64,000 nucleotides of DNA from positions 806,001-870,000 of the forward strand of contig JABVCE010000004.1 of NCBI GenBank assembly GCA_014905635.1, read 5' to 3'. Both the position numbers and the translations under genes were made by a program. The notes below the pieces were generated by a model. That model was not told the origin of the DNA. It saw nothing but the letters and a program-made list of their open reading frames with translations, and did no database searches. Positions 46,561-57,000 of the stretch are shown one piece after another. Position 1 is the stretch's first letter; each line of letters opens with the position of its first letter. Source of the DNA: Scenedesmus sp. PABB004 (Eukaryota).

Positions 46561-48407
46561 ATGGGCGCCGCCGGCGCCGCACGCCGGCGGCCGTTCGCCG
46601 CTGCCGCGCTCGTAGCTCTGCTCATCGCGGCGGCCGAGGCCGCGGCGCACGCGGGCAGCGCGGGCAGCGCGGGCAGCGCGGGCAGCGCGGGCGTCAAGCT
46701 CGTCACCAAGTACAACAAGACGTGCCGCTACGGCGCGCGCAACGTGAGCGCGCCGCTGTTCAGGGACGGCGTCGGCGAGGGGTATGTCTTCTTGTTCCCG
46801 CTTGAGACGGCCCTCGTGGTCGACGACTACGACCGCCCCTGGCAGGCGCGCGCGCGCGCGCCCGCGCAGCAGCCGCGCAGCAGCCGGCAGCAGGCCAGGC
46901 CGCAGCAGGCCGCGGCGGCGGCCGACGCGCGCCGCGCCGCGCGCTGCAGGCGTGCTTTGGCCCCGGCGAGGCGTTTGACGCGGCGCTGCTGTCGGCCGGC
47001 AAGAAGCTGCCCTGCTTCTACGAGAAGAACGAGTGGGGCAACTACGACTACTGGTGCGGCGGCGGCCCCGGGGGCGGGGCGGCGGGCGCGCGCAGGGCTA
47101 TGCTTGCGCCGCCGCCGCCACGCCGGCGCGCCGGCCCGAGCGCCGCCGTCGCCGCCGCCGCCGCGCGCCCGCGCGCCCGCGCGCAGGGAGGAGAACGCGT
47201 GCGACGTGCTCGTCCGTACCAACTGCTACTGCTACAGCGTCAAGCGCTACGTCGGGTCGTACTGCGAGCCGGGGCAGGGCGCCACGGGCAAGCGGTTCCA
47301 GCTGCCCGTGCGCGACTGCGACGCGCCGGTCGCGGGCGTCGTCGCGGACGGCGGGCGGCCCGTGGACCGGGCGACCGTGTACCGCGCGCCCCCGCCGCCC
47401 GGCAGCCACTACATCGCGCTCGCGGTCGCGCCGTCGGCCGCCAGCTACGACACCGGCGGTGCGCGGCTGCGGCTGCGGCGGCGCGGGCGCGGGCGCGGGC
47501 GCAAGGGCGGGCGCAAGGGCGGGCGGGGAGGGGCAGGGGCGGCCGCGCTGCGCCCTGGCGGTGGGCCGCGGCGCGCTGACCCGGGCCGGCCTCGCACGCG
47601 GCCGCGCGCAGACTACCACTTTTGGCGGCTCGACGCCGACGGGACGTGGTCGTACAAGGCGGGCGACACGCTCTCGCGCAACACCTACCGCAACGGCACG
47701 GCGCTGCGCGACGTCGAGGCGCCCGAGTCGCGCGGGCGGTACACGATGGTGCGCCGCGCACGTCACCGCGGCGCGCGGGGACGCGGGGCGCCGCCGCGCT
47801 GCGCCTGGACTGTCATTCACCGCCTGCGCCTCGCCTGCGCCCCTCCCCCCCTTCTCTCACACCCGCCCACCCACCCACCCGCACACACCCGCACACACAC
47901 ACACGCGCGCACACACCTCGCCCCACACCCGCACAGTTCTGTGGCTACTTTGAGGTCACGCCCGCCCGCCACGCGGTCAAGGGCAGCGGCTACTACTTCT
48001 CAGCCCTGCCCGGCCGCCTGCGCATCTGGGCGACCGAGGGCGTGGCGGCCGAGGTGTCGCCGCTGCCCGCGGTCTCGCCCGGCTGGCTGGCCGCGTACCG
48101 CAGCTACTACCTCGAAAACGGGTGGGAGGACGGGGTCGTGTTTGGAGGGGAGGAGGTGTTCGTCCCCGTCACGGCGCAGCCGCCCTACACGGCGCGGCCG
48201 CCCAACGCGGCGGCGCGGCCGGCCAACGCGGCGCGGCCGGCCAACGCAGCGGCGCAGCCGCCCAGCGCGGCGCGGCCGGCCAACGCGGCCCAGCCTCCCA
48301 GCGTGGCGGGGCCGGCCAACGCGGCGCGCCGCCCCGAGCCCGGCGCCGCGCCGCGGCGCCTGCAGGCCGCGAGTGCGCGTGCGCTGCGCGGCGCCGGCCT
48401 GCCGTGA
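46561..48407 (+). CDS. Secreted protein with NCYxY...DYHFWR...WSxKxG...FCGYF motif (putative papain-like Cys-His enzyme) and repetitive tail
   Basis: Signal peptide and spliced exons TNCYCYSV..YCEPG..YIALAV..|DYHFWRLDADGTWSYKAGDT..RGRYTM|FCGYFEV, followed by (ARPANA)n repeats. Confidence 0.75.
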
Positions 48408-48415
48408 TCTTCCGT

Positions 48416-48416
<1 letters not shown>

Positions 48417-48458
<42 letters not shown>
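48417..48458. repeat. (CT)n microsatellite followed by (CTGTT/G)n pentamers
   Basis: Directly visible just after the stop codon at 48407. Confidence 0.95.
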
Positions 48459-48462
<4 letters not shown>

Positions 48463-49210
48463 TGCTGTTTTGCGCTGTGCTGTTCTGTTCTGTTCTGTGC
48501 TGGGCAGGGACTGCCGGGGTTTTCTCGTGCACGCTCAGACGAGCACGCTCAGACGAGCGAGCTCAGACGAGCGCGCTTCAGGGGGGAGGCCTCAGTCAGG
48601 CAGGCGCGCAGGCGCACGCGATTGGCAAGGCAGATATAAGGCGCGCCGTCAGCGCATGCTGTGTGGTCCACCCGGACGGGCCGCCGTGATCGTGAGCGTC
48701 ACAGGTCATCCCTGCTGCATGCGCGCTGCGCCGCCCCATGACGGCGCGGCGCGCCGCCCTGCGCACCCCGCACGTGCACATGCACGCCTGCAGGGCCTCC
48801 CTGGGCTGGGCAGGATATCTGCGGCTGGCGGGTGCCCGTGAGCGCCCGCCGCCCACGCACTTGTCTGCACGCGGCGCGCGCCAACAAAGCCCCAGGGCCC
48901 CGCCCGCTCGCGCGGCTGGTGCGCGGCCCGTCGGCACACGAGGGTTGTTTCCTGATGGCGGCACGAGCCTTGTGCATCGAGCACGAGTGCAGCACTGCGC
49001 TGGCGCGCCGGCTGGCGCGCCGCTGAGCGGCACTGCCTGTTTCGTTCGGACCAGCACCACTGCTGCTGTCGCTGCTGCGCGGGTTTGCGTCAATGACTCA
49101 CGTCACGGGGGGTTGCGTTAATCACACCATCAGTCAGTCACGGGCGCGCCCCCGCAGCGCGCGGCCAATGTGGCCGACGCGGCCGCGACGCGAAGCCCCG
49201 CCGCCGTCGG

Positions 49211-49823
49211 TCAGTCCTTCCACTCGGCCGCCGCGCGGTCCAGCACAAACGCCGCCATCTCCCGCACCTCGTCGTCGCTCAGCCGCGCGCCAAACGTGCA
49301 CTTGCCCTGTCGGGGCGGCGGCGGCGGCTCGGCGCTGCGCGCGGCCGGCCGCGGCGCCCGCCCCCCGCGCCCGCCCCGCGCCGCGCCGCCCGCGACCGCC
49401 CACCTTGGGTGCGCAGTCGGCGCCGAAGCCCGGCATGCGGCCCTTGCCGGCGTAGATGAGCTCGTACAGCGCGGCCGGGCTGTCCACGCCGTTGCGCGCC
49501 AGGTCGGGCGCAAAGAGCGTCGCGCCGGCCTGCACGATGTTGCCGCCGCCGACGTGGCAGCCCGCGCACTTGGCCGCAAAGGCCGCCGCGGGCGGGCCCG
49601 CGCTCGCGCCGCCGGCCGCCAGCAGCAGCGACGCCGCGGCGGCCGCCGCCGCCACTGCCGCGCGGCGCGGTCTCCGCCGCCGCTGCTGCTCCTGCGCCTG
49701 CTGAGCCTGCACCTGCTGAGCCTGCACCTGTTCCGACCGCGCCTGCGCTGGCGGCGGGGCGCGCTGCGGCAGCGGCAGCGGCGCGCGCGGCGGCGCGGCG
49801 GCGGCGGCGGCGCGCTGGAGCAT
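49211..49823 (-). CDS. Cytochrome c6A, thylakoid lumen precursor (2 exons)
   Basis: Bipartite transit peptide ending ASA, CAGCH heme motif, GKGRMPGFG axial Met, and the two-Cys loop insertion DCAPK|GKCTFG that is diagnostic of c6A rather than c6. Confidence 0.93.
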
Positions 49824-49833
49824 GGTGGTGGTG

Positions 49834-50466
49834 CTAGTAATCATGATTCTGATTAAATGCATGACCCGGGGGCGCGCGAAATCATGGACTGGGCCCGGCA
49901 GCCGATCGACCTGCCGCGGGCCGCGGGCCCGCGGCCCGCTGTTACGCGCGGTTCGACGCCTCGCATCAAGGTGTTTGCCTCCGCTCCCTGCTTCACTCCC
50001 GACCGCTCGGTGCCGATCCTGGCCTACTGCGCCGCCATGGGCGTGCTCCCCGCCGGCTCGCAACCGCCGTGGGAGCGCCGGCCGGTGGGGTCGACACCGG
50101 CGGCTGGGGGGATGGGGGGGCTGCCGGGGCGCCCCGGGGGGCGCCCCGACGCCGCGGGCGCGCGGCGCGCGCGCGCGGCGCTGCCACCGCAGCGCGCGCG
50201 CCGCGGCGCCGCCCCCAACACCGACCATGGGCAGCCTATCAACGCCGGCCGCCTGAAACAGGCCACAGCGGCGTGAGGCATGACGGCTTGGGGACCGGCC
50301 CGTCGGTCGGTGCCCCGCGAGGGGCCCCCCCGCACCCGGAACGGGTGACAAGGCGAGAAACACAACACGCGCGCGCCGCGCCCGACCTAACCTGGCAACA
50401 CACAACAGCAAGAGGCCTTTTAACGTCCTGCCCAGGACGGAGAGCGCAGCGCACCGCACACGCCGC
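49834..50466 (-). ncRNA. Candidate Fanzor omegaRNA / transposon 3' end (hairpin-rich non-coding tail)
   Basis: Lies immediately 3' of the Fanzor stop. Stems include gtcct-gggc-aggac, ggggcgccc..gggcgcccc, gccggtg..caccggc and gctccc..gggagc, and a terminal taatca-gaatca-tgatta is followed by CTAG. The boundaries are inferred. Confidence 0.35.
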
Positions 50467-52150
50467 TCACGCCGGGGGTCCCACCGCGGCGGCGGCCGCC
50501 TGCCGGAACGCGCCGGCGAGGCGCGCGCCGCCCGCCGTGCCGCGGCCGCCGGGCAGCAACTCGTGCAGGGTCAGCGCGCAGATGTTGCGCGCCGCGTTGT
50601 CGTCGCGCGGCGCGACGACCGTGCACCCGGGCACTGTAGCAGACCGTAAATGCCCCGCAGTTTTCCCATGCGCGACGCGCACACCGAGCAGGTGACGCTC
50701 GTGCGGTGCTCGTCCATGAGCACCGCGGCGACGCGCCGGCGCGCGTAGTAGGTGCGCAGCAGCGCCAGCAGCGCCTGCCGCGGCGGCCCCGGCCCCGAGA
50801 TGCAGCCCCCCATGCCCAGGCTGGCGTCCCCGATGCCCAGCACCACCGCGGGCAGGTCGGCGGGCAGGCGCGCGTGCGGCCGGACGCGCCCGCGCACAAA
50901 GACCCGGCCGTATGCGGTCAACTGCATCACCGCATGCAGCGCGCGCTGCTTCAGCCCGTGCTTCCGCAGCCGCCACGCACACTCTGCACGGCACGCAAGC
51001 AAGCTATATGCGAATGCATTGTCCAACACATGATGCACCCGGCCGTTGCGCCACGCCCCGGCGGCGGCGACGCTCGTGCCCGAGTAGGCAGGGACGCGGT
51101 TCAGGCAGGCATGCACGCAGTCGCCGCCGCCGGGCGGGCGGCGGTCGTACCGCCCCGGCCGCCCCGGCCGCCCCTGCTGCCACAGGCGGTGCCGCTCGAT
51201 CCCGCGCGAGTCGCGGTGCGCGGCGGTCTTTATTCGGATGATGCTCTCCGCCTCGTAGCGGCGGCCGTGGTCGTCGCGGCTGCGCGGCGCGTTGGGGCAG
51301 CGCCGCTGCGCGATGCGGCGGTGCGCGACGCGCGTGCAGCCCGGGCCCTGCCGCCAAGTCGCGGCGCAGACCATGCGCGCCCGGCCCGGGTCAACTCCAA
51401 CGATGCGCACGCCCGCGTGCACGGCCGCGGCCGCGCCGCGCAGCGCGTGCCCCGGCGGCAGGCCCTCCACGCCGCGCAGCTCGCACGGGCCGAGCGGCAG
51501 CGCGACGAGCGCCGCCTCGTCGGCCACGCCGTGCGGCGCCAGCGCGTCGCAGAGCAGCCGCCGCGCTGCCTCCACGCCCGCGCGGTGCTCTGCCGCGCGC
51601 TGCGCCGCCTTGGCGGCGCGCGACTGCTGGCCGCGGCGCGGGGCGGGGTCGGCGGCGCCCTCAACGCGCACGCGCACGTGCAGCGCCGCCAAATCAAAGG
51701 TCACCGAGCCCGCGAAGCGCGTGTTGGCGTGCAGCACGCCGCGCGCGCGCCCGGGGCGCCGGCCAAAATTGAAATATGAGTCCCAGATGGGATCATAGCC
51801 CCCGCCCTCTTGGGTCGGCGGAGGCGGCGGCGGCGGCGGGCCTGCCGGCTAGCCCCCCGCGGGCGCCCTGGCCTGGCGCGCGCGCAGCGCTGCGTACAGC
51901 GCCTGCATGCCCGAGGTGGACAGGTGCAGGTGCTGGGTGCCGTACTTGGGCACCGGCGCCAGCGTGATGGCGCGCCGCTTGGGCAGCGCCACGCGCGCGG
52001 CGTGCCGCGAGCGCAGGCCGCGCAGCACCTTGCACGCGCCCGTGACCGCGACGAGCGGCTGGCGGTTCGGGCACCGAGAGCACGGGCGGTCAGGCGGTTC
52101 AGGGCGGTTGGCCAGCGCGCCGCCGTTCTCCGACCGCTCGCTGCTGGCAC
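50467..52150 (-). mobile_element. Fanzor (TnpB-related RuvC RNA-guided endonuclease), intronless, 5'-truncated, with one in-frame TAG and one 1-nt frameshift
   Basis: RAITLAPVPKYGTQHLHLS..IWDSYF..FAGSVTFD; RuvC-I IVGVDPG (D 51390-51392); VVLGIGDAS; RuvC-II MDEHRTSVTCSVC (E 50709-50711); LQCPG/C; RuvC-III RDDNAARNI (D 50602-50604). Confidence 0.88.
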
Positions 52151-52244
52151 GACATCACGCCACATCACGGTCACACGCAGCTGTCAGTCGTCCGTGGGCG
52201 AGCTAGCGCCTGGACGGTCGCTGCGTAGGCGACCGTACTGCGCC

Positions 52245-52937
52245 ATGCAGCACGCCGCCCTGCGCCACCCGGCACCGCCGCGGGCTGCTGCGCGGACGCG
52301 GCTGCCGAGCAGCGGCGGCGCGCCCCGGCCAGCGGCGGCGGCGCGCGGGCGGCGGCGCGCGGTCGTTGCGGCCGCGGCGGGCCCGCGCGGCGGCGGCGGC
52401 CCCCTGCTCGCGCTCCTGGCCGGCCTGGCTGTGAGCCTGGGGGGAGAGGCGCCGCCTGCGGCGGCTGCCGCGGCGGCGCGCCGCGTGGAGCGGCCGTTCA
52501 GCGTGGCGCTGGACGGCGTCGTGCGCGTGGCCGACGCGCTGAGCGCTGCGGCGGGCGACCTTTTGGACCAAGCCGCGGCGGCGGACGCCGCGCAGGCGGC
52601 AGACCTGCCGCCCGCGGCGCCGGCGCCGCGGCGCTCGCTCCTGCGCAGCGTGAGCGCCGCCGCCGCCGGCGGCGCGCCGCCGCTGGCGGAGCAGCCGCGG
52701 CGCCAGCCGCCCGCGGCCGGCGCGCTCGGGCACAGCGCGGCGGCGGTCGCGGCCGAGGCGCTGCGCCTCGCCGCGCTCCTGCAGGACAGCCGGCTGGAGG
52801 GTCGGGAGGACGCGGCGTATGGCGTGCTGCTGCAGCAGATCGAGGACGCCGCGCTGAGCGTGAGCCGCGTCGCGGCCGACATTGCGGCGCCGGGCGTGTG
52901 GCTGCCGGCCGACGACGACGGCGCCGCGGCGCCCTGA
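52245..52937 (+). CDS. Single-exon hypothetical protein with plastid/thylakoid-type presequence
   Basis: [43 protein letters not shown], with a coding-like C terminus (EDAAYGVLLQQIEDAALSV). Confidence 0.55.
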   Translation: MQHAALRHPAPPRAAARTRLPSSGGAPRPAAAARGRRRAVVAAAAGPRGGGGPLLALLAGLAVSLGGEAPPAAAAAAARRVERPFSVALDGVVRVADALSAAAGDLLDQAAAADAAQAADLPPAAPAPRRSLLRSVSAAAAGGAPPLAEQPRRQPPAAGALGHSAAAVAAEALRLAALLQDSRLEGREDAAYGVLLQQIEDAALSVSRVAADIAAPGVWLPADDDGAAAP

Positions 52938-53786
52938 CTGCGCGGCGCGGCGCCGCGTGTACCATCAGCAGCAGCAGCTGGGGCCTGACAGAAATCGGGG
53001 GGCGAGCGGCACGGCGGCGGGCGGAGCGGCGGCAGGAATGAAGCGGCGCGCGTGCGGCCGCGGCGGTTTTGCACGTTCGTGCACGTTGGACGTGACGCGG
53101 CGGCTTGGTGATTCTTCTTGTTGTGGTTGCTCCTGTCGCTCCTGCGCTTTGTTTGGCGCTGCTCTAGCTAAGGAGTTCTCTGCTGGCTGCCGGGCTGTCA
53201 GCTGGCGGCACGCTACGGGCAAGCGACCCCTGGCACACGGCGGCGGGCCCGCGTGATGGCTCGGAGTAACTGCATTTTACTCTCTCGGGCGGGGCCGACC
53301 CTCGACCAGAGCGACCAGAGCAGCCGCAGTCCCGTCCACGCGGCACGGGCGCCACCTGCGCGCCCCGGGCTCTGCAGAAAGCGGCACCCGCGCCGCGCCG
53401 CCCCCACTCACCTCTGCCCGCCCAGGCCCAGCTGCAGGCCGCTCTGCCCGGCGTCCGCCGCGGCGGACTGTGCGCGCACGCAACCAACACGGCGCCCGCT
53501 GCGCGCGTGCCGTCCGCGCCTGCGCAGGTGGGCAGCGGGCCCGGCAGTCGCGGGACGGCGCCACGCCGGCCGTGCGCACCTGCGCTGGCTGGCGGCGGGC
53601 CTCGCGGGCCCCCACGCTCGTGCGGCGGCGCTGCGGCACCCGCGCACCTGCGGGCGGGGCGGGCGGTCGAGGCGGCGGGGTGAGTTTGGGTGCGATCCGG
53701 GGCCCTGGTGGGGGCTCAGCCGGGCGGCGGCGCTGGACCTTTGCTCCCGCCCCCAGCCCCGCTCCGCAGGCGCGCCGCTCCGGCTG

Positions 53787-53954
53787 TCAGGTGCCGCCGC
53801 TGCCCTCCGCCGCGACCAGCTCCAGGCCGTGCCGCGCTGCCAGCGCGGCCACCGCCGGCTTGGCCTCCGGCACTGCGGCGCGCGTGCGGCGGGCGCGGCG
53901 GCGGTCGGCGCGCTGGCCGTGCCCCTCCCGCTGCGCACGCGCGCCCCCGCGTTT

Positions 53955-54007
<53 letters not shown>

Positions 54008-57000
54008 TTCGGTGTCATGGTGCAGCTGCCAGAGCTGCAGGGCCCACGGGTGCGCCTGCACCCCCTGCCGCGCGAGCCACCGCGCAGCCGCCGGCGAGTG
54101 CTGCCGCGCCAGCGCCACCACCGCCGCCCACGCGCGTGCAGGCGCGGGCGGCTGGCAGCGGCAGCAGGTGCCCACCGCCAGCTGCAGCAGCCAGGCCGAC
54201 CAGCCGGGGTCGGCCACGTGCGCGGCCCCGGTGCGCCAGCCCGGCGCCGCCGCGAGCAGCAGCTCCAGCAGGCGGGGGCTCGGCGGGCAGGCGGACACCA
54301 GCGTCTCGAGCACGAGCACCAGCTGCGGCGGGGCGCCGCGCGGCGGGGCGTCGGCAGCGCGCGGGTCGGCGCCGCGCCGCCCGCCGCAGCACTCTCGCGC
54401 TGCAGCTGGAGCCCAACGGCGCTGCGCGCAGCCGCAGCCCCCACACACCTGCCGCCGGCCCAGCGCGCCGAGGACAGACTCCAGCCCAGCGTCCAGCAGC
54501 GGCGCGTGAGGACGCAGCGGCGGCGGCGCCAGGCGGCCGCGCTGCGCGTCGTCGTCGGCGCAGGGCTCCACGGCCGGGTGCTGCAGCGCCGGCAGCGCCG
54601 CGCCGCCGTCGCCCGCCTGCTCCCGCGCCAGGCACTGGCGGAGCAGGTTCGCGAGGCGGCGCGTTGCGTCCGCCGTGTGCGGCGCGCCGTCTGCCGCGCC
54701 GCGCGCCGCCTCGAGAGCGAGCTCCTGGCGCTGCAGCAGTGCCGCCAGCTGCGGCCGCGCCGCGAGCGCCGGCTCGCGCAGGGCGCGCGTGAGCAGCCGC
54801 GCCGCGCGGTCCCAGTCGCCCAGGGCCGCCTCGAAGCTGGCCCAGTTGGCAAAGGCCAGGCCGCGCTGCAGCAGCGCAGCCGCGCTGCCGCCGCTGGGGC
54901 CCGGCGCGTCGTCGGGGCCCAGGAGCTGCGCGTAGCCGCGGCGCACGGCGTCAGGCGAGCACTGCGCCGGCGCGGAGCCGCACGCCGCCGCGGCCTGCAG
55001 CGCCGCGCGCGCATGCTCGTGCCCGAGCGCCTGCAGGCCTGCCGCGCTCAGCAGCAGCACAAACGCCCGCTGCTGCCCCGCGTCGGCGGCGCCGCCGCCG
55101 CCGCGCAGCGCCGCCGCCGCGAGGCCAGCCCAGAGCTCCTGGCGCGGCAGCAGCGCCACCGCCCCCGGCGCGCCCGCACAGACGTCTGCGGCGAACGCCG
55201 CGACCGCCCGGGGGCCGCCTTGGTGTGGCAGCAAGGCCTCCCGCAGCGTGGCCTCGCACTCCAGCAGGGCGAGGTCCAAGCTGGCGCCGTCCGCGCCGCC
55301 CTGGCCCCCCGGCTGCTGCAGCGCTGCCGCCTGCTCGCGCAGGGCGCGCAGCCCCATGGCGCCCCACAGCGGCTGCAGCGCCTGCAGGCTGCTGAGCAGC
55401 GCCAGCTGCGCGGCGCGGTGCGTGGGGTCGTCGGCGCTGCGCGGCGGCCGCAAGACGCAGCCCTCCGCCGCCGCCGCCAGCAGCCGCCCCGCGAGCCGCA
55501 GGCCCCCATCCGTCACGGGGGCCGCGCCAAACTCTGCCGCCGAGAGCACCAGCGGCAGGCGCTGATCTCGCTGGAGCCGGCCCTCCAGCGCGGCGGGCAG
55601 GCCGCCGGTGGCCGCGGCGGCCGCGAGCGCCAGCCACAGCGTCACGAGGTGGGCGGGGTGCTGCTGCAGCAGGGCCAGCAGGCCGCGCAGCGCCAGCGCG
55701 CCCAGCTCCGACGCCAGCAGCAGGTCGTGAGCGACGGCGTTGGCCGCCGCCGCGCTCGCCGCCGCGCCCGCCGCCGCGCCCGCCGCCGCGCTGCGCTCCC
55801 CAGCTCTCCCGCCAGCGCCGCCAGCGAGGCGTCCACGTGCGCTTCGGCCGCCTTGACCGCCGCACGGCTCGGCGCGGCGGCGTGCGCGCCGCCCTCAGCG
55901 GCGGCGGCCGCCGCGGTCGCCAGCAGGGCGTCGCACCAGCCCGCGAACAGCTCCCCCGCGCCCGCATCGCACAGGCAGCGCACCAGGCGCAGGGCGACGT
56001 CCAGCACGCACGACGCAGCGGCACCCGCGGTGTCGCCCGACGGGGCCGGCGCCGCGCCCGCCGCGCACAGGTGGGCGAGCGCCTTGAGCCACACCGCCGC
56101 CTGCTGCTGCCAGGTCGCCTGCGCGGCAGCCGCGAGCAGCCAAAACTGGTACGAGTCGCCGCAGAAGCCCTCCGCGCGGTGCAGCACGGTGGCCTGCATG
56201 CTGCCAAAGCCCGCGCGCCGCAGCAGGAGCTGCAGGTGAAGCAGCCACAGCTGCGGCGCGCGCGGGTGCACCGCCAGGCCCCTGAGCAGCACGCCGCCGG
56301 CGGCGTGGAGCAGCCCGGCCGCGCCGGCCGCGCCCGCGCCAGGCGCGGGCGCGCCCCCCGCGTCCCGCGCCGGGGGCGCGCCGCTGGGGAGCGCGTCGAG
56401 CACCGCCAGCGCCCACGCGAGCCAGAAGGCGGGGCAATGCTGCTCGGCCTGCTGGCGGCGCTCAAAGTCGGCGTTGACAGCTGCCACTGCGTCAGCCAGC
56501 GCCGCCGCCGCGGCCTCGGCCGACGCCGGCGCGGCACGGGGCGACGCCGGCGCGGCGGCGGCAGGCGGCTGCGGCTCCGCCAGCGCAGGGCGGCTGGCGA
56601 CGCTGGCGTCGCTGAAGTAACGCCAGCCGCGGCCGCGCGCCTGCTGCTGCTGCTCGCCCTCCGGCGCCGCGCCGTGCGCGGACAGCGCGCGCGCCGCCTG
56701 CCACGCCGCGAGCGCCGCCTCCTGCTCCTTGCAGGACGGCAGGTGGTACGTGTCGAGGCCAGGCAGCGGGGCGTCCGCCGCGCCCAGCCGCAGCGGCCAG
56801 TCCTCGTCCTGCCGCTCGCAGCCCACGCCGGCGCATGCGAGCACGTCAGGCAGCGGCGCGGCCCGCGGTGCGGTGCCGCCGGCGGCGCCGTGCCGCGGCA
56901 GGCTGCCCTGGTGCACCGCGGCGGGCGCGGGCGCGTCGATGGTGGCGGCCTTGGCCGCGGCGTCCACGCGCCGCGCCTGCTTCTGGCCCGCCGGTGGCTG

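Noticed and set aside
48533..48572. Palindromic repeats as a CRISPR array
   Set aside because: The repeats are 12 bp with 2-nt spacers, far too short, and the context is eukaryotic with no cas genes.
49211..49823. Canonical cytochrome c6 (petJ)
   Set aside because: The two-Cys loop insertion identifies it as c6A.
51849..51851. In-frame TAG in the Fanzor as programmed read-through or a reassigned codon
   Set aside because: TAG serves as a normal stop in a host gene here (wax synthase, 7876-7878). A nonsense mutation in a truncated copy is simpler.
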